64,000 nucleotides of DNA, taken from NCBI GenBank assembly GCA_904063045.1, contig CAJFCJ010000011.1, positions 682,001-746,000 of the forward strand. The letters are read 5' to 3'. The notes under the pieces were generated by a model, which saw only the letters and a program-made list of their open reading frames with translations, ran no database searches and was not told the origin of the DNA. Source of the DNA: Dimorphilus gyrociliatus (lineage: Eukaryota; Animalia; Annelida). The first letter of the stretch is position 1. Every line of letters begins with the position of its first letter. Below are positions 12,165 to 24,000 of this stretch, piece by piece. The translations under genes and the position numbers were made by a program.

Positions 12165-13919
12165 ATGTCCTTTATTGCATCAAGGTCAAATCAGAGAGAA
12201 GAGACGCTCCAATCTTGTTATCCCTGCTCATGCTCTTCGGAAAATGCCATGCACTTTTCCATTATTAGACAATCCAGAGAGAGTTTGGACATGATGAACA
12301 AGCTAAGACAAGATGATTGTTTATGTGATGTTGTTTTAAATGCAGAAGGAACTCGAATATCTGCCCACCGATTAGTTCTCGCTGCTGCCTCTTCCTATTT
12401 TCGCGCTATGTTTTGTAAGGGAATGAAAGAGGGTAGTCAAACAGAGGTTGACTTAAAAGGTATAAAACCGTCCACACTGGAAACACTCGTTGAATATGCG
12501 TACACTTCTGAAATAGCAGTATCTGATTCAAATATTTGTGACCTTCTGTCAGCATCCAGCATGTATGAAATGAGTCATGTTGTTGATTCGTGTTGCACTT
12601 ATTTGGAGCATCGCCTTGATCCATCAAACTGCATTGGAATAGCTGATTTCGCCCAAACGCATGGATGCACCGATCTATATGCCAAAGCCACAGCGTATCT
12701 CTTCAGAAATTTTAGTCAAGTAAGAGTTCATGAAGAATTCAAGCAATTAAGTTTTCCTCGATTGATGCACTTGATCAAACATGATGAATTGAGTGTTCGA
12801 TGCGAAAGTGAAGTATTTGAAGCAGTAATTAACTGGATAAAATATGATGAGTCTGTTCGTTTGAATAAACTTGAAGAATTAATTACTGCTGTTCGTTGTC
12901 GATTTCTCACGCCTTCATTTTTAAATAAGCAGATTAAGTACTGCTCGGTGCTAGACAATTCTTGTAAATCTTACTTAAACAACATCCTTAAAGATTTGAC
13001 TCTACATAAGCCTTGCACGGATAGACGCAGAAAACCAACATCACCTCTTGTATTATACGTCATTGGCGGTTATTTGAGACATTCGTTAGCTACAGTTGAA
13101 TGTTATAATCCATCTACAAGAACCTGGCAAAAATTATCGGATTTGCAAAGTCCTCGATCGGGCATTGCAGCTGTCGTTGCGCAGGATATATTATATGTAT
13201 TAGGGGGACGCAATAACTCCCCGGACGGAAGTTTAGACTCGGCAGAAGTTCATTGTTACGAACCATGTAGTAATGCATGGCGAGTATGTCGTTATATGTC
13301 AGTTCCAAGAAACCGTGCGGGAGCGTGCGTCGTCGATGATCAAATCTACGTCGTAGGTGGTTCACATGCCACAGCATATCATGAATCTGCGGAGCGTTAT
13401 GATTCTGCTTCAGATACATGGACAAATATATCACCAATGAAAACTGCACGAATGGGCGCAGGTGTCGCTCAGGTTAACAGATTAATTTATGCCATAGGTG
13501 GTTTCGACGGACACGATCGTTTAAATTCAGTTGAACGATATTGTCCTGATAAAGATAGATGGCATCAGGTATCTGCTATGAGAACTAAAAGAAGTGGTTC
13601 TGGTATTGCTGTTCACGAACAATATATTTATGTGGTAGGAGGTTACGATTCTCATGAACAACTTAATGTTGTAGAGAGGTATGATACAGAAAGAGATGAA
13701 TGGACTACACTTGCTTCTATGAGCGCTGCCAGATCAGCTCTCAGTTGTTGCGTTCTTAATGGGAAACTTTATGCTTTGGGGGGATTCGATAGCAACGATA
13801 TTCTAGATATTGTTGAGGCTTTTAACCTTGAAGAAGGAACATGGAGTGAAGAAACAAAAATGTCATGTGGAAGAAGTGGTCATGGCTGTGCTGTCGGTTT
13901 AGAGCCTTGTTTCGAATGA
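12165..13919 (+). CDS. KEAP1: Kelch-like ECH-associated protein 1 (BTB-BACK-6xKelch), intronless
   Basis: BTB (HRLVLAAASSYFRAMF), IVR (VRCESEVFEAVINW, RCRFLTP, LTLHKP) and Kelch repeats with KEAP1-specific GGRNNSPDG and MSVPRNR. The exact start Met is uncertain. Confidence 0.93.
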   Translation: MSFIASRSNQREETLQSCYPCSCSSENAMHFSIIRQSRESLDMMNKLRQDDCLCDVVLNAEGTRISAHRLVLAAASSYFRAMFCKGMKEGSQTEVDLKGIKPSTLETLVEYAYTSEIAVSDSNICDLLSASSMYEMSHVVDSCCTYLEHRLDPSNCIGIADFAQTHGCTDLYAKATAYLFRNFSQVRVHEEFKQLSFPRLMHLIKHDELSVRCESEVFEAVINWIKYDESVRLNKLEELITAVRCRFLTPSFLNKQIKYCSVLDNSCKSYLNNILKDLTLHKPCTDRRRKPTSPLVLYVIGGYLRHSLATVECYNPSTRTWQKLSDLQSPRSGIAAVVAQDILYVLGGRNNSPDGSLDSAEVHCYEPCSNAWRVCRYMSVPRNRAGACVVDDQIYVVGGSHATAYHESAERYDSASDTWTNISPMKTARMGAGVAQVNRLIYAIGGFDGHDRLNSVERYCPDKDRWHQVSAMRTKRSGSGIAVHEQYIYVVGGYDSHEQLNVVERYDTERDEWTTLASMSAARSALSCCVLNGKLYALGGFDSNDILDIVEAFNLEEGTWSEETKMSCGRSGHGCAVGLEPCFE

Positions 13920-14029
13920 TTTTTGTTGATTTAATATTTATTTCTTTAATAAAATTACTGCCTCGAAAAGGTAGAGGTAAGGTAAACAAAACAAGCAAAC
14001 AAATGATCAGTGGTGTAGCACCATTTCAA

Positions 14030-17000
14030 CTAAATTAATCTCGAAGCGTCTAGAAATCGCAATAAAGTTCGATAAACGAAAATATACTGTTCTGCAGTCT
14101 GAACGGCGTGCATTCTCTGTTCTCTGATTAATCGAAGAACTTTTGGTAAATCCACATCCTGATAAACGTGATAAGTTTTATTAAGTTATAATTAAAAGTA
14201 TTAACTTACGGCATTTGATTGTAAACAGGCAGTCATGACATCAGCAAGTACGTATGAACCCGATTTACCTGCTCCATTTTCACATAGCACTAATAGACTA
14301 GATTCATGATTAGATGCTTGCAGAGTTCTACATTCTTGAATAAGAGACATAAAAGCATTAGAATCAGGCCAAGAAGTTAATTCTAATTGCCAGATATCTC
14401 TCTCTACGGCAGTATTTTTATTCATCACACGAAGTCGCCAGGTGGCGTATCCAGGGGACGATCTATCAACGCATTTTGTGTATACCTCCATATCTCCAAA
14501 AATTTTTGAATGATTGATTTCCCGATTCCAGTACATCGTCTCATTATCTAATAAAACTATGGTAGAGACTTTTTTTTCCCAGATCATTTGCCATAAATCC
14601 CATTCAGTTTCTTTGTTCGATGGTAGCTGCCCAACAATAAAACGCCACTCCATGGTCGGTGGGTGCCTTCTTGAAGAACCAGGCAGACGAAGTTTTATAG
14701 ATGAGGCATTAATATAGCCACTAGCATTTGATGAAGTTGAAGAAAGTTTAATTCTGTTATGATCGTAAGGCAGAATTCCTGTGTCTCGATTTCGATACTC
14801 TGTGATCGATTGTTTTCCAATGAAGAAGTCAGCATTCGCTTTAAGAGGCGCAATACTCTCAAATTCAGTTTCGGCCTGAGCCAACCTCGTTTCTAACTGT
14901 CTTCTTCTCTCATCAATTGGCTGTCTATCCGCCTGTTGAATGTCATGATATAACTTTTTTTTAATATTATGCATTCTTTGTTATGAATATAACAGTGACA
15001 GGTAGGCAATTTTTTTTATTAAAACGTATTGTATGTAAATGCCAAGTGATTTGATAAAATATAACGCCCCTGTTCTGATAAAAGTGTTTTGCAGCGACAA
15101 TTTGACTACAATGTTTATATGCTATATCTACCGACTTATATATCAGTTAAAATCACTATATAAAATGTTGAGTACTGAGCCTGCACTACCCACAAATAAA
15201 AATTTCGTATCATTGGCCTACACTCTAACGTTGGTACACCGTAATCGATTTTCAGAAGCAACGAAAACAAAACATTCACTGTGAGACTGAGAATATTACG
15301 AATTTCTCACAAATAGTCCTATGAAGATATTGATAAACCTTCAAGATTGAACACAAGAAACAATAATATTCATCACACCTTTTTTTTTCGACGCATGCTA
15401 GCAAACAACGAAGATCGCCTTCTGCCAACAAAACTTTTGCCAATATCCAAGTAGCTGTCACTCTTACAGAAAGTAACTTCCTCTTTAGATTCTTTTCTAC
15501 GATGAAAACAACAGAGGGACATAACTAAAACCGGTTTACTCCTAACATTTTCCATCGTCGAGCCATTCGCCAACAAGTTTCCTGGTCACGCACAGGCTTG
15601 CTAAAAACCTGTTTAAACCACTAGACTAACGTCTAAATTTCGGTTAGACTAAGGACAGATTTCGAATCGACAGCTATTGAACACCAACTCTCGTGTGACA
15701 AGCAATATGATCGAACGATTAAAGCGCCCTCGTGTGAATAAACGAAAACAATTATCCTCTTACTATGATTCACTATCTCTATGGTTACAACAACAACAAT
15801 TGATTAATCGTATTGAACACTACCTGACTTCATTAGGCTTACTTTGTTAACATTATCAAATAATTAGAAAATAGACTCACATTTATTAACACAGGAGATG
15901 CAATCTCATAAAAGATTGACTTTTGACTTGACTCTGAGACATTTGAACTCTGCTGACAATGAAAAGGCGCAGGAAGTTTGAAAGCGGCCGTTTCTTCACA
16001 AGCCTCAGCTATATTTTCCATACTTTTATCGAGAGCACGAATCACATCAGGTGGAGGCTTATACAGGTCAGGTGTGGAGAAAGCCGAAGTGTTTTGATAT
16101 AATGGTAAAGATGCTAGATCAGGTGAGGAAGAGTGCATTTTATTTAATTGATTACGTCTGTTCACTGCTTCATCATAACTTGGAGCTGGGCGATATGCTG
16201 GGAGTCCATTTGAATAAACGGGTTCTGGAGAGGCAGTATCGTAATTGCTTTCATTTCGCTTTAAATTCATATACATATCTGCCATATGGGGTGTTTCTGA
16301 GGCCACCATATTTATATATGCTCTTGTATTAGCTGGATCATCAATATGATCCGCAATCGACGACAATTGAATGTCACTGTCAAATAAATGTATTCAATTA
16401 ATGGGATGAAGAATATATATCTGAATACAAACGGCATCTGAGTGAATTTTGGAACTTCCGAAAGGTCGATAGGTTTAGTTATATCGTGATCGGTCACAAT
16501 AGAAAATGGTTTGCTTTTATAGAACCAGTGAAACTTACTAACAATTCGCCAAATATATTTGCATTGATCATTATCTTGCTAATGTGAATAATAAAATTGT
16601 AGATTATTAAAACATGTTATCATTCCGTACTAAAATTTTATCTAATATTTTACCAAGTGGTAGTATAATGTCTGCTGTCCACTGACTATGCCTAAAGACT
16701 TTTTATTCCTGACAAATTTACATATTTTATCCCACTCAAAGTAAATTGTTCTTTCTTCGCTATTTGATGGTTTAACTAACATACCAACAAAAGAAGTACC
16801 TAAAAATACTTCTTTTCCATCTGTATCCTGTAAAACTTATACATAATAAAAATTTTTTCATGAATAATATATGAACTTACATGAGCTTTGTAATACTCAA
16901 CTCCATAGCCATGAAGTCTTTGCACTGTGAGGATGTAATTTATTTGTGCTTCGCCTGGCGACATACCTAAAAATTCTAGAGTATTTTTTTCAAACTTATC

Positions 17001-17648
17001 ATCTCCAAATTCAGCTGAAATTGAATCTCAATATCACTACTGTTAACTATGGAAATTAGAACATCTACCGTGTAAACTAAGTGTAGCCAAGCTTGCGGCT
17101 TGATCAGAATCACAATTTATTCTTCCCTCTATTACATCTGATTTAAGCTGCAAGTAGTATTGATACCTTGAGTGCAAAAACAAAAAAAATATCGTTATTT
17201 TGAGATTACATTCTTTTTAATGTTTCACCTAATAGCTTCATCTTTAATTTGGTGTGCATTAGCTAAATAATACATTACTCCAAAGTAAAATAGACGCTCT
17301 GAGTTGACTTCTGCTTGCTTTTCCAATTGTTTCCTTAGAGGTTTATCTAGGTCAATCCAACGAAATTGCATATTTTTGTTGATGTATCGAAGGCCAAACA
17401 GTTCCATCGCTAAGTCATTCTGAAAAGTGAGATGATAAATTTCTACCTTTGTAACTAATTCAACTTATACGTACATGGCTAAGGTTCATTCGTCGAATAA
17501 TATTTTCTAGACAGTCTCTTCCTAAACTGTCCGAGTTTAGAGTGCATTCTAGCCGAATAGAGTTATCCAGAAGCTGAACAACAACTATAATAGTACCTTT
17601 TGTTGTAATATTATATTTTCTTTTTTTTTTTATAAATCCCAAAGGCAT
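14030..17648 (-). CDS. PTPN14/21: FERM-domain tyrosine phosphatase PTPN14/21 (Pez), multi-exon, with degenerate catalytic motif
   Basis: N-terminus MPLGFIKKKRKYNITTKGTIIVVVQLLDN resembles PTPN21; FERM exons (ELFGLRYIN, FYFGVMYY); PTP domain PYDHNRIKL, GYINAS, EQRMHAVQTAEQYIFVY; family-typical C-terminus SRLI*. Confidence 0.9.
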
Positions 17649-17835
17649 CCCTGGAACGAGCTTCTTACTTCAATGAGATTAATGCAGAAAAAGCTTCTGT
17701 AGAAAAGATTTAAAAATTGTTAGGCAGAGTTAAGTAACTCTAATAAACTGAGCAACTGTGGGTGAGTTGAATTAGTGTGTGACATCACAAATAAGCGATC
17801 ATTGTCCTCGAAAATAACTAGTTCTAGCCTAATAA

Positions 17836-17880
17836 TGAGTCATGAAGGAATTTCCGTTTTGTAAGAATTTCGACTTCCGG
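17836..17880. promoter_or_regulatory. Bidirectional PTPN14/THADA promoter elements (AP-1 TGAGTCA, ETS ACTTCCGG)
   Basis: TGAGTCA at 17836-17842 and ACTTCCGG at 17873-17880, between divergent starts (17648 and about 18007). Confidence 0.4.
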
Positions 17881-18006
17881 TTCTGACGAGTAAAAATTAC
17901 TACAATAATCAATCACTATTTTATATTTAACTACTAGACTGTAGCTAAATAACTTTAATATCTGTTGCGTATTTCAACAAACAGTTTACTAATTGTTGTC
18001 TTAAAA

Positions 18007-21000
18007 ATGGCGATTAGATGTCACTCAAATATCTCCATTTTACGAAACGTAAACGTTAGACGCATTTTAGATTGTTTAATTTTATGTAAGACGATAAACT
18101 TTTAATCCAAGGAATTAAAGAATGAAAAACGTTCATTAAATTTTTCCTCGGTAAACTACGATTAATTTACAGTGTAGACAAGGTTAATCAAATATGCTAC
18201 GTAACGTTTGGATTTACTTTTACAAATTTAGTAAGTTTTAAGAAAGTGAAACTATGTGACATTCAATATTAATATATAAGAACAGTTAATATATTGTTTT
18301 CCAGAGCTCATTAGCCGAGAAGGCAAACATCAATAGAATAGGCATTTCTTTTATGTCCAATTAGGATATTGCTCCCAATTTCAGACTTATGAATAAAAAA
18401 CATATAGACAGAGAAAAATAATTGATTAAATCCTATGAATTGAGGTTAAGACTTTCAAATCGGAAAAAAAAATCAACAGCTAGTGCATGTTAAAAACAGT
18501 GTTTTATCTGTTATCCTCTTTGGTATATTTGTAATGTATTTAGCTTCAATTTATTTGATCAATTCTTAGTTTTAATCAATTATTGTCAACTCTATTAAAT
18601 AAGATAATTGTATAAAGTATAATCATACAAATAATAAAATTATAATTTCCCAAAAAAGATTTCATTTATTTTTTTTATGATTTCTAAATCATTTATTCTA
18701 GTTTATATCTGGGAAATGTGATAAAATATTTAGTACGTTAGCCTTAGCAAATATGCTTAAATCAAAATTCATGCGTTACATATCACCAATCAAATTTACA
18801 CTATTTTAGAAGGCAAGAAAGTTGAAATTCAATACTGTCTTGAAACGTTGTCATTACAGTGCTTAGCCAATGAAATATAAATCTAAAGATAGCCTCAAAG
18901 GAAGGTTAAATTTACCTGAAATATTTCAGTACGATAGAAGTGCATAATACGCTAATATTTTCTTGAAAAAAGCATAACTATTTTATAATACTATTTCATT
19001 TCAAGATTATTTTTAACACTTTATATCATAACAGGAAAAGGAAGTGCCTGATATGTTTTGCCATCTGAGCGAAAAAAGAGAAGTCGCACACGCTTTATCT
19101 CATAAAGTTATGAATTTTTTTTACGTTGATTGCTTGAATTCTGTGTAATCTCGCTTAAATTAACGATGCTTGGGAGTGAAAAATTAAAGTTTCAATTGAA
19201 AAATTTGGAATATGAAAAAGTTAGTATAAGAGATATTTCTGATGAATATCAGTTCAGATATATTTTTCCAAATAGATCAGCAGTAAAGAGCAACTTGTGG
19301 TATTGAAGGAGGTCAGTAATTGTTAACTCTTCTTCAGATTAGTTTGTTTCTTTTTATAATTCCTTTACAATGATTAAATCTTCAGATCTTATTCAGTATT
19401 CTTTCAAATAAAGCTGCCTCTCAGGAGGCCCTTTCAAATATATCAACTCTTCTTTTTAAGGGCTGTTTAACACCAGATACCTCCAAATTTTTTGTCAAGT
19501 AACTGAATCTTTTTTGGTTATTCTTAAAACATTAGTTTGTTTTTCAACATAGGTTTTGCTCGGAGAATATAGACAAGCTTTCAAAATTCCAAATATGTAG
19601 CATCGTTTTAGAACATTTGAGAAATCTGCCTACAATAGAGAATTTGAATAAATCTTACAATGCTCTAAATTTTTATCTTGTTGATGCGAACAATGTCATA
19701 GGTACAAAGAGGATATCCCATACATTACCTTTTTTCTGATATTGCTTAGCTTCTATTTTACTTCAGGCAATGAGCTTACTCGTAAATATTTCAAAGATAT
19801 TTTGGAATACTTCCGCAACTTATTGGACATTTTTTTCAATCAGATAAAGTAGAATCTTCTCAGATTATAATATCATTTTAAGATTGAAGATTATTTCCTT
19901 AGAATATGTCAAGGAAATCAAGCACGTGGAGCTGTTTTGCATGACGCTTACATTGTCTCTCAGAATACTTTAAGATTTATTCACAAATTCGAAAAATTAT
20001 GTCCCAACTATGACTTCAGTTACGAAAATGCTAATTCAACCACGCACAAATTGTTGCTGATAGCCGAAATTGCCTTGTTAAATGGTTCATTGATAATCTT
20101 GGATATAGTACGTAAATAATGTTTCATTCTGCAGATCATTTCTCGTTCGAGTGCAAAAGTAGTTTTGGAATGCTCTTACCCGGTGTTCTTCAACACTCTT
20201 TTGGAAATGAGAAGGAATTCTTGATAAAAGTATTTCAGTGTTCAAACATATCTTTATTATATTTGTAAAATCTGACTACTTTGTGACAGATATCTGAGGA
20301 GTACTTGGGTGAAAAAGCAGTCGAACTCGAAAAATATTCTATTTTGTCTAAATTTAGCCTATTAAGAGGGATAGTTACATGTATAAAGAAAAAATTCCTA
20401 TTAATGATTATTCATCAAGGGAATAGTCTACTTACTCAAGTAGTATCTGTCATGTTTCAGCTACTTTCTAGGTAATTATTCAATAAACATATATCTAAAT
20501 ATCAAGTCTTTCATACAATGGTTAATACACTAGAGTGGAAGATACACCATCAAGACTGATGGCCTCTAGAGCTTTGCTTTCGTGGATAACAATAGCAAAG
20601 TAAGTATTGAAATATTGCCGAACATAAATTCTATATATGTTTCTTATAGGGATCTACTGCAAGAAAATTTGGAGTGTTTTACAAAGACATATTTCTCTTA
20701 TAACTCTTTCGTAGCAATCAACTACATTGCATTTTGCCAACAACATTGGGATGATCCAGTTGATGTAACAACTAAATTTTCATAATTTGCTATTCAATCT
20801 TATCTCCTTCAGACGATACGTCATGACGTGAAATCCTCTTTTGAAAAGCTGCTGTTCTGTATGCTGAATAATTCTAACAGAGGTGGATGAATATTCTTTT
20901 CTTTATATAATTAATTTTTATGATTTCAGAATGGATAACTGATATGATGAAATCCCAAATAGCGGAAGAGTTACAACGGCGTAACATCCTCTCTTTATCT

Positions 21001-24000
21001 TGTTTCCAAAAGGTTCTTGGTTCATCAGAAATTTTGTCCATTATTCCAGACATACTAGCAAGACTCTTGGAAACAATTGAAAATAGAGCTTTAGCTTCTT
21101 ATGTATGTAAAACCATACAGAAAATTTAACATTCTTTAGTTCTCTTTTCTTATACGTAGGCTTCCGAACTGTATGTAAATTTGTCAGAGTACTCCTTTTC
21201 ATCTGAAGATTTAAGGAATAAATGGCTAATTTCATTTACGACTCATATCAAAAAATATCAACAAAGCAAATGCTTAACAGAAGTAAGTAATTGGATTATT
21301 TTTTTGTAATTTAATTTTGATAAACTTAATTAAACTTAGCACATGTTACCAAAACTCTTTGAAAAAATACCGCTATGTGTCAATTATTTATGCTCAAATC
21401 TGTCCCTGTATCCCCATGAGAATATCTATACTTTGATAATGTGCACCAAACAAGCTAAACTTCATGGTTACCTAGATCATATAAAAAATTCAGAAGAAGC
21501 TTGGCGCCAAGTACTTCCCTGGACAATACTAAAGCATTCTCTGCTTTCGACAGAAACTGAGGTTGGTGTAATAACCCACAAGTTACCAAAATAATTTTTA
21601 TATCATAATATAATATAATATGTAATATAATATATATATAAATAAATATTTCAATCTACCAGACTAGGTTCGAGGCCTTCTCTCTCATTTGTGAAGGTCA
21701 CAAAACTTCCGAGCTCTTTGATTCTCTAGAACTTGAACTTATTCTTGACTTTCTTTCAAGTAATATTTGCAATCAGAATGCATCCAAGAGACAAAAAATA
21801 TTGTCTACAGTAAAAAAGGTAGTTTGAGGATTATCTTTCTTTGACGTGATAGTAATTGATTGATTTGCCGTATAAGTTAATGATTCGGATAAGAGATGGA
21901 CTGATGGCTATGAAGAGAACTTTAAACTCAGCTTACGAAGGTTTTCACAGAACATTATTTGATCATTATAGGGTATTACTTGGATTCTTACAAAAAAATT
22001 CTATCTAATTCAATGAATTTTTAGACTTTTATAGAAAATTTTGTCGATTACTGTTTTATTCAACTGGGATTTACAAGCTGTTTCGCCGCAAGAACTACTT
22101 CTTTAAGACTACTTGCTGAAGTGCTACATTTCGTTAAATTTGATTTGTTAGGTTAATTGACGCCAATTATACAAATTTCAAAAATCATTTTAAGCTTGAT
22201 TTTAGATTACACTTCTTCTTTCAACAAAGGCAGGATAAATTTACTTCTCTGGTGGCTTACAGACACTTTTGAGCAGAACAAATATATTGCTTGTTCAATT
22301 CTTTTTGCTTTGCCGCCCATAATAGTAGTATCTTATACATTCTACTTATTTCTTGAATTGTTCAATTTTCAAATTTCGTAGGAGAAAGAACAGCTATGCG
22401 AATTATTGGAAGCTAGTATCGGATTAGTATCAACTCCTCGTCCTCAGGATGGTCCAACAGCAGCTGCTATTGTTCATTATGTAATCAAAAATAATAATGA
22501 CATTATCAATGCTGATGCACCAATTGCTTTAAGAAATTGCTCTACTTCTCCTCCCAAAACCAATTCTCTAATAGTTTTAGATTTGTTTTCAACAATTTTA
22601 CAAAATCAAGTACAGGAGGCTGAGAAAAATTTAGCGAAAAGTGCATCTTCTAAGCCGATATATCCCGTTTTGTACGTGATACGACGACTTTTAGAAGATT
22701 GGGTTTATAAAGATGAAGACTTTGAACATCTTCAACATGCTTGCTTGTTTATCATTCGACTTTGCGAGATGATAGCCGATGTTGTTTCTCCAATAGTTTC
22801 TCACGCTGCTCCAGAGGGCCACATACCTGATGGCATATATGCTTCAGGTTGCTAATTTTTTATCAGTATCTAATATTGTTTAACTTTCAAAATTCTAGGA
22901 CCAGGATTAGATTTATCGTGCAGTGACATTGATCGATTTGATACAGAGGAGTTATTACCTGAATTTTTGACTGTATGCTGTTGGAGATGCATCAAGGAAA
23001 TATCCTTATTACTTGGATTTATGTCTAAGTGTTCCTGGTGTCTTCTCATTCTACCGACTGACATTGTATAAATTATTAAATAAAGTATGAAACTCTCAGT
23101 GAAATTACCTTTCTTGTGTACAGATTATTCAAATTGGTGGATTTTTTACAAAGCAGCTTCTTGAGTCAAGGCATAGAGGTGCTTTCGAGCTGGCCTACGC
23201 TGGGTTTACCCTTATGTCTGAAAAATTATGGAAAAGCTCTGAAAAAACTTTAAATTCTTTGCCTGAATCCTGGCTTCGTGATGTTTTAAACGAAATAGCA
23301 TTAGGTGCTCGAAGCGAAAAGCTTTGCTATACGAGAAGGAGTGCCGGAGTGCCTTTTTTTGTTCAGGTGAGAGCCTATGGGTGAGATATTTCTATACTTT
23401 TTCCTTTGTATTCAACAGGCTCTTTTGAAGACTGAGGGCTCAAAAGGAAGCAAGTTTCATTTGAAATGGTTCATTGAAGAGCTTATTTCGCTCAGCAGTA
23501 AAATATCAGTTAACCCTGAAACTCTGGTTTGTTATAGTGAATGAAAAAATAGTTTAATTGTATAAAACTATTTCAGGCTCATTGTTTAAATATATTAAGA
23601 GCATTAATAAGAGATTCGAAATTGGGTGACGATGTATCACCTTACATTGCTAGCTGTCTAAAAATTTCTATTAAATGCTACTATTCCGGATTATGGGAGG
23701 TAATACTAAATCTATTGAGAATTTTTTGTTTATACTGTATATAATAAGGAATTTATTGCATCTCTATTCTCCACGATCTCAATCATAACTTGCATCATTA
23801 CATATACAGATTAGAAATTCTGCTACTTTATTATTTAGCGCTCTCATAACTAGAGTGTTTGGAGTTTCTAAAAGTAAAGACGATATTTCTCTGAAAAATT
23901 GGTAAACAATTTAAATAGTCATAGCACTTTTCTATCTTATGGCTTGAAATTTTTAGTATGCCAGGAAAAGTATTTTTTAACCGATATCCCTCACTTTATT

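Noticed and set aside
14001-14030. Possible miR-29 gene
   Set aside because: The match stops after 11 nt and there is only a 5-bp local stem, not a precursor hairpin; kept only as a possible target site.
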